Assembly (NCBI GenBank): GCA_034408725.1
Contig: JAWXCN010000215.1
Coordinates: 1-44,788 of the forward strand
Length of the DNA: 44,788 nucleotides
Source of the DNA: Candidatus Hydrogenedentota bacterium
Lineage (GTDB): Bacteria > Hydrogenedentota > Hydrogenedentia > Hydrogenedentales > SLHB01
Reading direction: 5' to 3'
Position numbers and translations under genes: made by a program. Below, one piece after another: positions 1 to 10,069 of the stretch (the first letter of the stretch is position 1; the number at the start of each line of letters is the position of its first letter). The notes below the pieces were generated by a model. That model was not told the origin of the DNA. It was given only the letters and a program-made list of their open reading frames with translations, and did not search any database.

Positions 1-999
1 ACCGCTTTACTCGATGATTTTCCCGATCTCGACGTGCTCGCCGTCGCCACTCCCGACCACCTGCACGCAGCGCCTATCCTTGCCGCGCTCGAGCGCGGCG
101 TTCACGTCATTGCGGAGAAGCCGCTAACCCTCGACGCAAACGAAGCCGACACCATCATCGCGGCGTCTCGCAAGGCAGGCCGGCTTGTTGGCGTCGATAT
201 GCACAAACGCTATGACCCTGACCATCTCCGCATTCGCGATGATCTCGCCAAGCGTATCGGCGCTCCTCTGTATGGCCGCGCGGTCCTCGAAGAACCCCTG
301 GATATTTCGACCAAAGTCTTCCGGAAGTGGGCCGAGCAGAGCGACCCTTTCAGCTATGTCGGGTGCCATTGGACCGATCTCTATATCGCCTATTTCAACG
401 TGAAGCCCGTAAGCCTCCATGCCGTTGGCCAGAAGGTGAAGCTTCGCGCGGAATACGGAATGGACGCATTCGACGCCGTGCAGGTAAAAGTCACGTTCGA
501 CAACGGCATGAGCATCGATTTCATCAACTCGTGGATACTGCCAAACGAATTTGAGGCGCCCGTGAATCAGCAGAACGAGCTGTTCGGCACGCACGGCGTG
601 ATTGAATCAGACTCACAATATCGCGGACTTCGCTATACCGAGAGCGGCGTGGGGGTGCAGACGCGCAACACCCATTTTACGCGCGACGTGAAACGCGAGG
701 ACGGTTCACTGGCCTACGTCGGCTATGGTGTCGACAGCCTCGTCGTTTGTATTGAGAAAGTTGCGGAGATGAAGTTTCTTGGCAAAACGCTCGAAGAAAT
801 CAAGGGAACGTATCCCGACGCGGAAGAAGGCAGGCTTTCGGTGCTAATAGTCCACGCCGCGCGTGAAGTGTGCAGGCGGAATTTTAAGTATACGGAGCAG
901 GGCAAGGGTGCGCCGGTCACGGCATGTTTTGGCCAGGACGGTATTACGGTCTACGATCCATTTGCCGGACCGCAACGTATCTATACCGAACCGGTATAA
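1..999 (+). CDS. Gfo/Idh/MocA family oxidoreductase (5'-truncated by window edge)
   Basis: Frame open from base 1; VATPDHLH...GVHVIAEKPL motif typical of the GFO_IDH_MocA family. Confidence 0.85.
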   Translation, partial: TALLDDFPDLDVLAVATPDHLHAAPILAALERGVHVIAEKPLTLDANEADTIIAASRKAGRLVGVDMHKRYDPDHLRIRDDLAKRIGAPLYGRAVLEEPLDISTKVFRKWAEQSDPFSYVGCHWTDLYIAYFNVKPVSLHAVGQKVKLRAEYGMDAFDAVQVKVTFDNGMSIDFINSWILPNEFEAPVNQQNELFGTHGVIESDSQYRGLRYTESGVGVQTRNTHFTRDVKREDGSLAYVGYGVDSLVVCIEKVAEMKFLGKTLEEIKGTYPDAEEGRLSVLIVHAAREVCRRNFKYTEQGKGAPVTACFGQDGITVYDPFAGPQRIYTEPV

Positions 1000-1048
1000 A
1001 AAAGGGCCCCGTACCGCGGAAATGCGATACGGGGCCATTCTGTTTTTT
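998..1048. terminator. Probable bidirectional intrinsic terminator
   Basis: GGCCCCGTA (1005-1013) pairs with TACGGGGCC (1028-1036); A-run before and T-run after; lies between convergent genes. Confidence 0.75.
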
Positions 1049-1059
1049 GAAATGCTGGC

Positions 1060-3147
1060 CTACTGGTTCGAGGTCACCTTTTGCCGTGCGTCCGGTTGTT
1101 TTTCGGTTCCGTCCGGCATGTACTCGAGCGGGCCGTCTTCGGACAGCAGCGTATCGTCTTTGATTTCGAGATCAAACTCATCACCCGCAACTTTCAGGTG
1201 AATTTTGTCCCCGTCGAATTTCCAGGTGCCCTTGAACGACCGGCCAACCTGCAACACGCCATTCTCCTGGAAGTTCAAACGCCACCGTCCAATTTTCCAG
1301 TACGAATTCAAAATGCTTGCCTCGGTGATCGGCTTGCCAAAATTCGTCAGCGCCGCGGTAACGGTTTTTGTCTCCGGATCAGCGGTGGCATTGACATAAC
1401 CGATATACCCAACGAACATTTCTTCCCAGCTCTGCTCGCCAAAATACACCCACTTCGATGGATCGGGATTTTGCGGATTATTACCGGAATTATCGAACGC
1501 GCCCGTTACCAGAATTTCGCTTCCCGCCGGCAGCTTCTTGGGTTCATCGAACCGGTACATGGTCTGCCAGTTAAAATCGTAGTTCGGAACGTTCAGGATG
1601 GTCTCGCGCTTTCCATCCGGATACTTCACAACATAGTTCACTTCGCTGCCGCGAAAGTGCATATGCGGACACATCTCATACAGAACCACGTCGCGGTTGA
1701 ATTTATACCGTGCGTCCGCCGGGCTATGCTTGTCATTCGGGGCAATTTCGAAGTCGGTTGTCGTTGCCGCGCGCGTGAAGAATTCCCGGGGCGGTTTCTT
1801 CTTGGAAACGTACAGACCCAATTGCGCCTGATCAGTTGCGGCGCGCCCTGTCGTCGTGTAATGCATCTGGAACACGAACTCCGAACCCTTGGGCACCCAC
1901 TTCCCGGTCCCCTTTGGATACGGCTGGACCAACATCCCGGGCACGTAACCGGCAAAAAAACCGTTCAGCCCGCCTTCCATGTCTGGTTCGAGGTGTTGCA
2001 AATGCTTCGGATACCGGATAAACACTAGGCCATGGTGCAATACTGACCGATCGGTTGGAAGCACGTCGGACGCTTCAACCCACAAGTCTTCGTCGCCGGT
2101 GTACGGCACGCGCATGTAGACGTAATCGAGCACGCCGTCTGCCGGAACGTGTACCGGCTCCGGCATCGGTATGATGATGTCGGGCGTGCCCAACGGCCAA
2201 ATGGGTTCCGCATCATCCACCGCAAACTTCAACAGCGGGTCTTTGCCTTCGCCGCGCGGCGCTTCCGCGTCGAGCCACGCGACCATCGTGCGTATTTCCT
2301 CTTGGGTAAGAGAGGCATCATTTTTGAATTCGCCGTAATGCGGGTCCGCGTGCCACGGCGGCATGCGTTTGGTCATGAGCACTTCCCGAATCATCTTGCG
2401 GCGTCCCGCGACGTTTTCGTAGCTGTCCATTGCGAACGGACCAATGTGGCCTTCCACGTGGCACGATGCGCACTTCTCGGAAAGCAACGGCGCGATGTGT
2501 TTTGCGTATGAAATCTTCTTGGGTTGCTCTTTCAGATCGATGAGACACCCCTTCGTTTCAGACGCAGTGGTTTCGGGATCCTTTCCTTCAAGCACCGCAT
2601 TCAGGGCGTCACGCAACCAGGTCTTGCCCGCCTTTGGCCGTTCGGCCCCGTAATCCAGGCGATCGTCGATAGCGCCGCGATAGGCGATCTTCCAGCTACC
2701 CTGCACAATGACAATTGCTTCGGCCGTGCGCTTCGTTCCCAGGTCCTGCGTCACGAGTTGCGCCGCGTCGAGCAAAATAGGAATGTCGATCAGGAATTCT
2801 TTTGCTTCAGCCTCGACGCTGGCCTTGTCATCAAGGAGATTGGCGTTGATCAAGAAGAATTCGACGCCCTTGGGTTTGAACTCATCGCGAATGGCTTTTA
2901 TCTCCGGCACTGATTTGCGTACGATGGGGCAACCGTTGCCTTGATAAAAGAGCACGATCGCTTTTGTATCTTTCATTTGATACAGCTCGTGCGACGCGCC
3001 GGTGTGGTCTTCGAGCCGGAAGTTTTTCGCCACAGCCGGAAGCGAAACAGGGTCACCCGTTTTTTCTTCTGCGAATGAACTTGGCACTCCTGCCGCGCAG
3101 ATGGCCGCTATTGCCAATCCAAGCACCCGCGTTCTAAATGTCCGCAT
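1060..3147 (-). CDS. Exported redoxin (AhpC/TSA-like) + cytochrome c + copper type II (PHM-like) monooxygenase fusion protein
   Basis: Signal peptide; thioredoxin-like NGCPIVR and YRGAIDD; heme motif CASCH then MPPW; Cu-ligand-like VLHH, MHY, PHMH, EEM. Confidence 0.75.
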   Translation of the reverse strand: MRTFRTRVLGLAIAAICAAGVPSSFAEEKTGDPVSLPAVAKNFRLEDHTGASHELYQMKDTKAIVLFYQGNGCPIVRKSVPEIKAIRDEFKPKGVEFFLINANLLDDKASVEAEAKEFLIDIPILLDAAQLVTQDLGTKRTAEAIVIVQGSWKIAYRGAIDDRLDYGAERPKAGKTWLRDALNAVLEGKDPETTASETKGCLIDLKEQPKKISYAKHIAPLLSEKCASCHVEGHIGPFAMDSYENVAGRRKMIREVLMTKRMPPWHADPHYGEFKNDASLTQEEIRTMVAWLDAEAPRGEGKDPLLKFAVDDAEPIWPLGTPDIIIPMPEPVHVPADGVLDYVYMRVPYTGDEDLWVEASDVLPTDRSVLHHGLVFIRYPKHLQHLEPDMEGGLNGFFAGYVPGMLVQPYPKGTGKWVPKGSEFVFQMHYTTTGRAATDQAQLGLYVSKKKPPREFFTRAATTTDFEIAPNDKHSPADARYKFNRDVVLYEMCPHMHFRGSEVNYVVKYPDGKRETILNVPNYDFNWQTMYRFDEPKKLPAGSEILVTGAFDNSGNNPQNPDPSKWVYFGEQSWEEMFVGYIGYVNATADPETKTVTAALTNFGKPITEASILNSYWKIGRWRLNFQENGVLQVGRSFKGTWKFDGDKIHLKVAGDEFDLEIKDDTLLSEDGPLEYMPDGTEKQPDARQKVTSNQ

Positions 3148-3328
3148 AACTTTCTTGCTCCTCAGCCAGATTCCACTTGGGACTTCATGCCACCACGAGA
3201 CAGGATACTCGACAGGATTTGATAGCGCAAACCTTACCTAACTACCGGTCGGGAGGTTTCTAGCCCGCCCCAAAAAGCACAATCCGTACCCTTAGACGCG
3301 GCTAACCGCGCATAGGTTTACACAATCG

Positions 3329-3358
3329 TTGACCTGCACGCCCCGCACTGGCTAAACT
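3329..3358 (+). promoter_or_regulatory. Putative sigma70 promoter
   Basis: TTGACC-N18-TAAACT, 8 nt before ATG 3367. Confidence 0.4.
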
Positions 3359-3366
3359 GCTCCGCC

Positions 3367-4953
3367 ATGGCCGAACCCCTCGCACCACCCGGAAGAATCG
3401 TTGCCCTTCGCCTGCGCCATAAAACCGCGTATGACGCCGTGGCCATGTTGTTTTATCTTGTCCTCGTATATGCATGGGGGCTATGGACTTATCCCTTGGG
3501 AAGGGATTTCGCCATGCTGGCGGGACAGGGCGCGGAATTGCCCATTTTGGCCCGGCAACTGTTCGAGTTGGAAGTCGAATGGTTTGGCGCGAATCCTGTC
3601 GGCTACCACCTTGTGAATATGGCGCTGATGTACGCCTGTATGCTGCTCATCTTTCATTTCGTCAATATCAGCGTCAAAGGCATGTGGTGGTTTGGAACAC
3701 TCGCCGCCTGCATTTTCATGGCCAATCCGGTCCACAGCGAATCCATGCTGAACCTCAGCGGAGCGGCGGATTTGGTCCCCTGTCTCGCCGCGCTCTGCGT
3801 ACTGTTGGCAGTGGTCATCTACGCTGATAAGCCGACACCACTTCGCGGAATGATCGCGGCCGTCATGTTAGCCGGTTTTCTTTTTGCGTTCCCTGAATTT
3901 GGATTCATACTCTTTCCGGTCATCACGTATGGATTCGCAGTTCGCTGGCGTAGCCACCCCGCCGTAGCCCCGGCCATCATCGGAGTTGCCTGCTGCATCG
4001 TGCTCCTCTGTTGGTTCGCGGGTTTCGAGGTCGTCAACAAATTTGGCGCTGCATACCTTGTGATGTACCCAATCGGCTTCCTGCCCGAAACGCTCGAAGC
4101 GTTTCACACGAGACCCTGGCTCGGGTTGGTCGCGGCGGGCGCGGTCATTGGTGTCGTGTGGCTGATGCATCGGAAGATTCAAAGGCCGTTGTTTGTCTGG
4201 GCGATTGCATCAATGGTGATGGTTAGCGCGGTGGGGGATCGGTCCGATGTGGATTGGATTCACATGGTAGGAGGCGGACGCCTACTCCTGGCCAATGTCT
4301 TTTTTGTACTCGCGCTGATCATCGTCGTGTTCCGCATTATGGACAATCCAAAGTGGCGATTGCCGATGATCAGCCTTACTACGATGCTCGTCGTCGTCTT
4401 TTTTGCAATGCAATGGCGGTCGATGCGCGCGTGGCATGAAGCGGGAGAGCAGGTCCAGGCGTTTCAGACGGCCGCGGAAAAGGAGTATGCCATCGCGGGC
4501 AATGCAACCCTCGGCATTCTTCCAGACTACCAGTATTCTGGCGGCGCGCCGGTGTGCCTGTCGGAATCCATCGCATACGACACGCCATTCAGCCGGCGAA
4601 TTCCGCATCTGCCGTTGCTACCCGTTCATGCGGACACGCCCGAACGCCAAACCCTGCTCATCAAAAACTGGTCGGAAACCCGCGGCGAAGTGCTGATCAA
4701 GACAACCGGGCGCGCGACGCCGTTCCGTTTCTTTCGCAACGGAGAGAAGTTGATGGACGGCGAGGAAATCACCACGCAGCCTTCTCTTGCCGGGCAAGAA
4801 ACGCCGGAAGTTTTCATTCGCATCGTGGACCAAATGCCCGGCGAAGTCCTGGTCTCCATTCGCGGCGTCGCGTTGCCAATGCACATCCTGCCAGGTGTCT
4901 TACCGGGGAAAGAACCCAACGGCGAACCCGAGTCCGACACTCACAACGAGTAG
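3367..4953 (+). CDS. Multi-pass membrane protein, GT-C/TMTC-like glycosyltransferase-related
   Basis: About 11-12 hydrophobic segments; NPVGYHLVN and NPVHSES resemble GT-C (PMT/TMTC-like) motifs; soluble C-terminal domain. Confidence 0.55.
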   Translation: MAEPLAPPGRIVALRLRHKTAYDAVAMLFYLVLVYAWGLWTYPLGRDFAMLAGQGAELPILARQLFELEVEWFGANPVGYHLVNMALMYACMLLIFHFVNISVKGMWWFGTLAACIFMANPVHSESMLNLSGAADLVPCLAALCVLLAVVIYADKPTPLRGMIAAVMLAGFLFAFPEFGFILFPVITYGFAVRWRSHPAVAPAIIGVACCIVLLCWFAGFEVVNKFGAAYLVMYPIGFLPETLEAFHTRPWLGLVAAGAVIGVVWLMHRKIQRPLFVWAIASMVMVSAVGDRSDVDWIHMVGGGRLLLANVFFVLALIIVVFRIMDNPKWRLPMISLTTMLVVVFFAMQWRSMRAWHEAGEQVQAFQTAAEKEYAIAGNATLGILPDYQYSGGAPVCLSESIAYDTPFSRRIPHLPLLPVHADTPERQTLLIKNWSETRGEVLIKTTGRATPFRFFRNGEKLMDGEEITTQPSLAGQETPEVFIRIVDQMPGEVLVSIRGVALPMHILPGVLPGKEPNGEPESDTHNE

Positions 4954-5574
4954 CGTCGCGCAGACCGCCGCGGATGCGTGTACAACGCGCCAGCGTTTTA
5001 CGAGCGGCAATATGCCATACCCAATGCCGTAGGCAACCGGTACGAACGCCGGGACGTAAAACCAATCCAGGTCCGACGCGTGGTACACCCACATGCGCGC
5101 GCCGACAAACAGGTTTTCCCCAATGATGCCCAGCAATGCCGCGGTCAAGAATGTGTTCGCGATTGTCGCGCGCCCATCGAATCCAAGTTCGGCCGTGCGA
5201 CGGCTCACATAAAAGATATGGGTCGAGGCCAGCCAACCTATCAGCATGCAATACACGGGGGTGTGCCAAACTGTTGGCCCCGGCGCGAGGTATTCACCCC
5301 ACCAACCCACGGACCACGTCACAAGCCCTTCGCCCAGTGGCCACGCCGCCCCGATGATCGCGCCAAACGCCAGCGCGGGCCGGAGCGAGTCATTAACGCG
5401 CGATGCCCGCACAAGCTGGAGCGCTAGCGGAATGGCCGACGCAAACATGCACACCCATACAGATTCGATTCGGCAGTTCAGAATAAAGACGGCGAACGAA
5501 ACCACGTTGCACACGGCGACTGTCGTGTCGGTTCGGTTCCAACCCGCGCGAATTTTCCGGAATGCTTTTCGCAT
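4900..5574 (-). CDS. Hypothetical integral membrane protein
   Basis: 224 aa, about 7 hydrophobic segments with an internal pseudo-repeat (GE..VT..GWW / GE..FV..RMW); 54-bp convergent overlap with previous gene. Confidence 0.7.
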   Translation of the reverse strand: MRKAFRKIRAGWNRTDTTVAVCNVVSFAVFILNCRIESVWVCMFASAIPLALQLVRASRVNDSLRPALAFGAIIGAAWPLGEGLVTWSVGWWGEYLAPGPTVWHTPVYCMLIGWLASTHIFYVSRRTAELGFDGRATIANTFLTAALLGIIGENLFVGARMWVYHASDLDWFYVPAFVPVAYGIGYGILPLVKRWRVVHASAAVCATLLVVSVGLGFAVGFFPR

Positions 5575-5601
5575 GTGAGGATTCTATCACGTGCATTGTC
5601 A

Positions 5602-5630
5602 TTGAAAAGGGCCGGTACCTGCGCTATGCT
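5602..5630 (+). promoter_or_regulatory. Putative sigma70 promoter
   Basis: TTGAAA-N17-TATGCT upstream of gene at 5690. Confidence 0.5.
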
Positions 5631-5689
5631 CAATGCGCCCGAGCGGGAACCCGCACTGGGGGCGAATTCCGGGAGAGGAGACCAAAACG

Positions 5690-5992
5690 ATGACGAAGCA
5701 GAATCCAGTACAGCACATGTTGAAAATGGCCGGCGATTTTGTCACCCAACAGAAAGGCAAGTGGGAGCACAAGGATTGGGAAAAATTCCTTGAACGCGCC
5801 CAACGCGCCGGACTCGATCTGTCCGACGAGATGAAGAAGAGCCTCGGCCACATGCTCGAGGCAAGCAAGCAGTTCTACACCGTTGTTTCCAACGTCCCGG
5901 ACAAAAAGAAGGCGGCGGCAAAGAAGTCCAGTGCTAAAAGCAAGGCCAAAACCAAGACAAAGGCCAAGCCGAAAGCAAAGGCGAAGGCGTAG
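5690..5992 (+). CDS. Small protein with Lys/Ala-rich histone H1-like C-terminal tail
   Basis: GAGGAG at 5675-5680 before ATG 5690; 100 aa; tail KKKAAAKKSSAKSKAKTKTKAKPKAKAKA. Confidence 0.75.
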   Translation: MTKQNPVQHMLKMAGDFVTQQKGKWEHKDWEKFLERAQRAGLDLSDEMKKSLGHMLEASKQFYTVVSNVPDKKKAAAKKSSAKSKAKTKTKAKPKAKAKA

Positions 5993-6077
5993 TGGATTTC
6001 GCCGGACCGGAATTCGGCGTTATGATGTTTTCAACGCACCTCTCGTGATCGGCGCGCATAAAATAATCGCAGGTCCT

Positions 6078-6106
6078 TCGCCGCCACGTTCGCTACGTGG
6101 CGGCGA
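6078..6106. terminator. Strong hairpin, possible terminator or processing stem
   Basis: Perfect 12-bp stem TCGCCGCCACGT-tcgct-ACGTGGCGGCGA followed by TTCTGTTT. Confidence 0.5.
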
Positions 6107-6145
6107 TTCTGTTTCAGGCAGTCCAACCACCTGGAGTATTTCACT

Positions 6146-7021
6146 GTGTTTCGACTCGGCATTATCGGTTCCGACAATAGTCACGCGGAGGCGTTCTCCC
6201 GCCTGGTGAATATCGAAGGCGATGGTCCGCGCATAGAGGACGTGCGTGTCACGCACATCTACGGCACGGACCCGGCGCGCACGCAGGAAGTCGCCACGAG
6301 CTGCCAGATTCCGAATATTGTTACCCGAAGTGAAGACATGCTCGGAAATGTGGATGGCGTGTTATGCGTATGGCGGCATGCGAGCAAGCACAAGAGCGAA
6401 ACCTTGCCGTTTATCAAGGCGGGTCTGCCCGCGTTTGTCGACAAACCGTTCACGAATTCGGTGGCTGACGCGCGCGAACTGATCGACACCGCGCTTACCG
6501 CGAAGGTGGGACTGACGTCATTCTCCACCCTCCGCTATTGCGTGCCCACCGTGGAATGGATTGCGTCGCTAAAGGGCGCGGTAGAAACACCGGTCTCTGG
6601 TCTGAGCACTGGTCCGGCGGAAATCGACAGCGAATACGACGGTCTGATTTTCTACGGGATTCATGCGGTAGAACTAATGCTCGCGGCCTGGGGATATGGC
6701 GTCACGAGCGTGACGGCGACCGAACACAACAAGAATGTCATGGCAGTTTGCCGATTCAAGACCGGACCCATCGTTACGCTGCATTTTCTATACAAGGCGG
6801 CGTATGTTTTTCATCTCACGATGTATGGCTCAAAGGGATATTCGACCCACGCGGTTGACAGCTCGACCTCCTATTACGAAGGCATGAAAGTGATCATGGA
6901 GACCTTGCGGACCGGAAAATGGCCATTGACGCCGGAACAATTGCTCGAACCGATTCAGGTCATGGCCGCGACAATGAAATCGCTTTCGGAAAAGCGGGAA
7001 GTTCAACTATCTGAAGTGTAA
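6146..7021 (+). CDS. Gfo/Idh/MocA family oxidoreductase
   Basis: N-terminal RLGIIG Rossmann start, FVDKP motif, YGIHAVE; GGAG upstream of GTG. Confidence 0.8.
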   Translation: MFRLGIIGSDNSHAEAFSRLVNIEGDGPRIEDVRVTHIYGTDPARTQEVATSCQIPNIVTRSEDMLGNVDGVLCVWRHASKHKSETLPFIKAGLPAFVDKPFTNSVADARELIDTALTAKVGLTSFSTLRYCVPTVEWIASLKGAVETPVSGLSTGPAEIDSEYDGLIFYGIHAVELMLAAWGYGVTSVTATEHNKNVMAVCRFKTGPIVTLHFLYKAAYVFHLTMYGSKGYSTHAVDSSTSYYEGMKVIMETLRTGKWPLTPEQLLEPIQVMAATMKSLSEKREVQLSEV

Positions 7022-7035
7022 GGTCGAATCGAGCG

Positions 7036-9150
7036 TTATGGCGCCGGCGTTCTTTGCCAGCCTTCACTCTGCATGGCGAGATACTGTTCGAGTTTTTCCA
7101 TCCAGCGCCGGACCGTTTCAGGATTTCGATCTGAAATATCCTGCATGGGCCGGCCAGGCCGCACGTGGTTGAGGTCGTATAAGGCTGGGCCCGCCGGAAG
7201 ACCAGTGGAAACCATCGTGAACGGCGTTCGTTGGGTCGACCAGACCAGCCGCATGCGGTTGTCGCGAATAGTCATCATTAGGGGATTCCCGCTAAGAGAA
7301 ATCGGCTCCCGCGAAACTCCTACGCCAAGGATATCGGCGGTGCTTGCATATGGACTCAGGGAAACGCCAGCGATCTTCGCTAGCGTCGCGGGCACGTCCT
7401 CGAGTGCCGTGAGTTCTTTTCGTTTCGAGGGTTGTGTGCCTGGCGCGAGAAACACGAGCGGCACGCGCAGGTTCCAATCCATCAGCGGATCCGTCCCCTG
7501 AACAAACGCGCCGCGCGTTGACGTGATTACGACACACGTTCTCTTTCCTGGTGGAAGCGCGTTCAATGTGTCGCCGATATTCCGGTCCAGATAATGGATG
7601 ATCGAATCGTAGACCGTGCTCGGCGTCGCGGTTGCGGGATCAGGTATGAAAACATTGCCATGACGTTCTCGCACTTGCGCGTCTTGCAGCTCGCCCAAAC
7701 GCACAAACACCATGAACTTTACATCGGCGTGCGCTTCGATCCACGCGCGCGCCTTTTGCAAAGTCAACTGCGACCCAGCGGGTGGCAGCGACTGGGACGC
7801 CGCCGTGGCCCCTGCGATTGGCACATCAATGATGGGCGGGGTTTCGGCCATGTATCCATCGTCGAATGCGTCGAAGCCGCGCTCGAACCCGCTTCCATAC
7901 GTCAGATCACCCCAATGCTCACCTTCGGTAAAGGCTGCCGATGCGTACTTCTGTGTCCGCACTGCCTCCGCGATCGATGTATACTCGGCCGGCAACGGTC
8001 CTCGTTGCGTACCGAGGTATCCATGCCTTAGCGGAGACAAACCCGTCAACAGCGTCATGCACGCGGCCGCGGGTTCCGGTGCTGGCGTGTAAGTAAATGG
8101 GAACACCTGCGCCGATTGCGATATGCGATCGATATTCGGCGTGGTTGCCCGCGTATATCCCATACTTGCCACACGGTCTGCGCCCAAACCGTCAATGACA
8201 ATCATGACAATGTTCGGGGTCGTTTCGGCCGTGCGCGTCTCATGGGCAACGGGCCCGGAGATCAGCAGGGTGCGATCTGACGACAGGATCGGCAACACGC
8301 CCACGGCGGAGCGCCATTTGGTTTCCTTCTCCGATGACCACCGGACGGAGCACGAGCCGAGCTTTCGCGGCAATTGATCGGCCGGCACGCGCAAGTGAGA
8401 CCAGCCCGAGGCCTGTAGTTCGACCGATCCCGTGAATTTCGTCGTCGTTTCACCCCGCATTTCCACCGTGAGATACGCGAGTTCGAGTGGCTCCTCTTCT
8501 GGGGCATCCGGCGGAATCGCGCATCCGAACGTAAGGCAATGACCCAATGGCGCCGAAACATCCACCGCGAGAACAGACCCTTCCGGCATGGCCCGCGCGC
8601 GAACGTAGGTCGTGCCTATCCGGAAATCGTTTAGCGCTTCAGGGGCGCGCGGCCTCGCTCTTTCGATGCTGCCAAGCCAGATCGTGAACATGGTGTATCC
8701 GCCGAGCAGGCACACAACCGATACCGCTGCCCAAATGATGCTCCACGCCCGTGTCCCCGGCGCACTGCGGAGAATTGCATAAAACGCGAATAGTTTTAGC
8801 AAGCCATGGACGAGTAAAAATAAACCCGCGAAAACCAGGCCTTCGACCGTCTTCAATACGGGGTGCGGCCACGGCACGTCCATCCGCAACAAATACGGAA
8901 TAAAAAGGAGCGCCGCGCCGTGAGACAGGCATTCGAACAGGAGCGGGGCGTTGGTGCGTGTCGGCCACGCGCTGCGCACGAGCGCGACGTATAGAAGTTG
9001 GAAACCTGCGAATGCCGCCGCGGTTCCTCCTGCAAGCATGAGGCCTGCGGTAAACCCCGGCACGTAGCCCTGTTCCCCCAATGCCTGCCGGACAAACAAT
9101 CCCGTAAGGCCCGCGGCACTGAAAAGGCTAAAGATGTAGACGGCGATCAC
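7036..9150 (-). CDS. Membrane-anchored sulfatase-like/alkaline phosphatase superfamily protein (catalytic motifs degenerate)
   Basis: 5 N-terminal TM segments; PNIVMIVIDGLGAD..GY.R.TTPNID, LLTGL.P.RHG, GFERGFD, RVPLVF sulfatase-fold signatures. Confidence 0.7.
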   Translation of the reverse strand: MIAVYIFSLFSAAGLTGLFVRQALGEQGYVPGFTAGLMLAGGTAAAFAGFQLLYVALVRSAWPTRTNAPLLFECLSHGAALLFIPYLLRMDVPWPHPVLKTVEGLVFAGLFLLVHGLLKLFAFYAILRSAPGTRAWSIIWAAVSVVCLLGGYTMFTIWLGSIERARPRAPEALNDFRIGTTYVRARAMPEGSVLAVDVSAPLGHCLTFGCAIPPDAPEEEPLELAYLTVEMRGETTTKFTGSVELQASGWSHLRVPADQLPRKLGSCSVRWSSEKETKWRSAVGVLPILSSDRTLLISGPVAHETRTAETTPNIVMIVIDGLGADRVASMGYTRATTPNIDRISQSAQVFPFTYTPAPEPAAACMTLLTGLSPLRHGYLGTQRGPLPAEYTSIAEAVRTQKYASAAFTEGEHWGDLTYGSGFERGFDAFDDGYMAETPPIIDVPIAGATAASQSLPPAGSQLTLQKARAWIEAHADVKFMVFVRLGELQDAQVRERHGNVFIPDPATATPSTVYDSIIHYLDRNIGDTLNALPPGKRTCVVITSTRGAFVQGTDPLMDWNLRVPLVFLAPGTQPSKRKELTALEDVPATLAKIAGVSLSPYASTADILGVGVSREPISLSGNPLMMTIRDNRMRLVWSTQRTPFTMVSTGLPAGPALYDLNHVRPGRPMQDISDRNPETVRRWMEKLEQYLAMQSEGWQRTPAP

Positions 9151-9264
9151 GGGCGGCTCAGCGCCCCGCCGCGTGAGGATCGTGCTCTGATCGTTGCATG
9201 ATCACCATCGTAGTCCGACGCGCTACCGGATTCGACTTTTTCACGCGCAACGCGGATCCGCCAA

Positions 9265-10062
9265 TCACCGCCGCATGCCCTCGCAATATTCGACGGCGTT
9301 GCGAAATATCCGCAATCCCAAACCTTCTTCGGGCAGTTTTTCGCGAGTCCACCGCGGATGCTGCGTGCGTTCCGTATACCCCTCGGGATGCGGCATCAGT
9401 CCAAACACGAGCCCAGTGGGATCGCAGATGCCCGCAATATCGTCAATAGACCCATTCGGGTTTGCCGGGTAATCTCCGCGCGCCGCTTCTCCATCGTGCA
9501 GGCAATAGCGCAACGCGAGCATACCGCCGTCTCGCATTGTCTCCATCACGTCTGCGTTCGCGGGGATGAATTTGCCTTCGCCGTGGCGCACCGGTAGTTC
9601 CAGGCGTTCCAAACCCTTCGTCCAAATACATTTCGTGCCAGGCACGGTCGTCAAATGCACCCAACGATTCTCGAAGCGGCCCGAATCGTTGTGGGTCAAA
9701 GTAATGTCCTGCTGAAACGTGCCATTTACCATCGGCAACATGCCCATCTTCGCGAGCACCTGAAATCCGTTGCAGATGCCGATCAACGGTTTACCATCGG
9801 AGACAAATGACGACAACGGTCCGCCCAGCCGGTAGCGAAGCCGGTTGGCGAGAATTTTCCCGGAGGCTATATCGTCGCCAAACGAAAAGCCGCCGGGCAC
9901 GGCGAGAATGTTGTATTCCTGCAAACACCGTGGGTCGGCAATGATGTCATTCAAATGCACCCGGTCTGCGCTGGCGCCGGCTCGCTCGAACGCGTCCGCG
10001 GTTTCGTTGTCGCAGTTGATTCCAAAACCAGTCAGCACCAGTGTACGAACTTGCTTGCTCAT
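9265..10062 (-). CDS. purQ: FGAM synthase glutamine amidotransferase subunit
   Basis: G.NCD.ET, PGGFSFGD, GICNGFQ (catalytic Cys), HGEGKF, NPNGS, MPHPE. Confidence 0.95.
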   Translation of the reverse strand: MSKQVRTLVLTGFGINCDNETADAFERAGASADRVHLNDIIADPRCLQEYNILAVPGGFSFGDDIASGKILANRLRYRLGGPLSSFVSDGKPLIGICNGFQVLAKMGMLPMVNGTFQQDITLTHNDSGRFENRWVHLTTVPGTKCIWTKGLERLELPVRHGEGKFIPANADVMETMRDGGMLALRYCLHDGEAARGDYPANPNGSIDDIAGICDPTGLVFGLMPHPEGYTERTQHPRWTREKLPEEGLGLRIFRNAVEYCEGMRR

Positions 10063-10069
10063 TGCGCGT

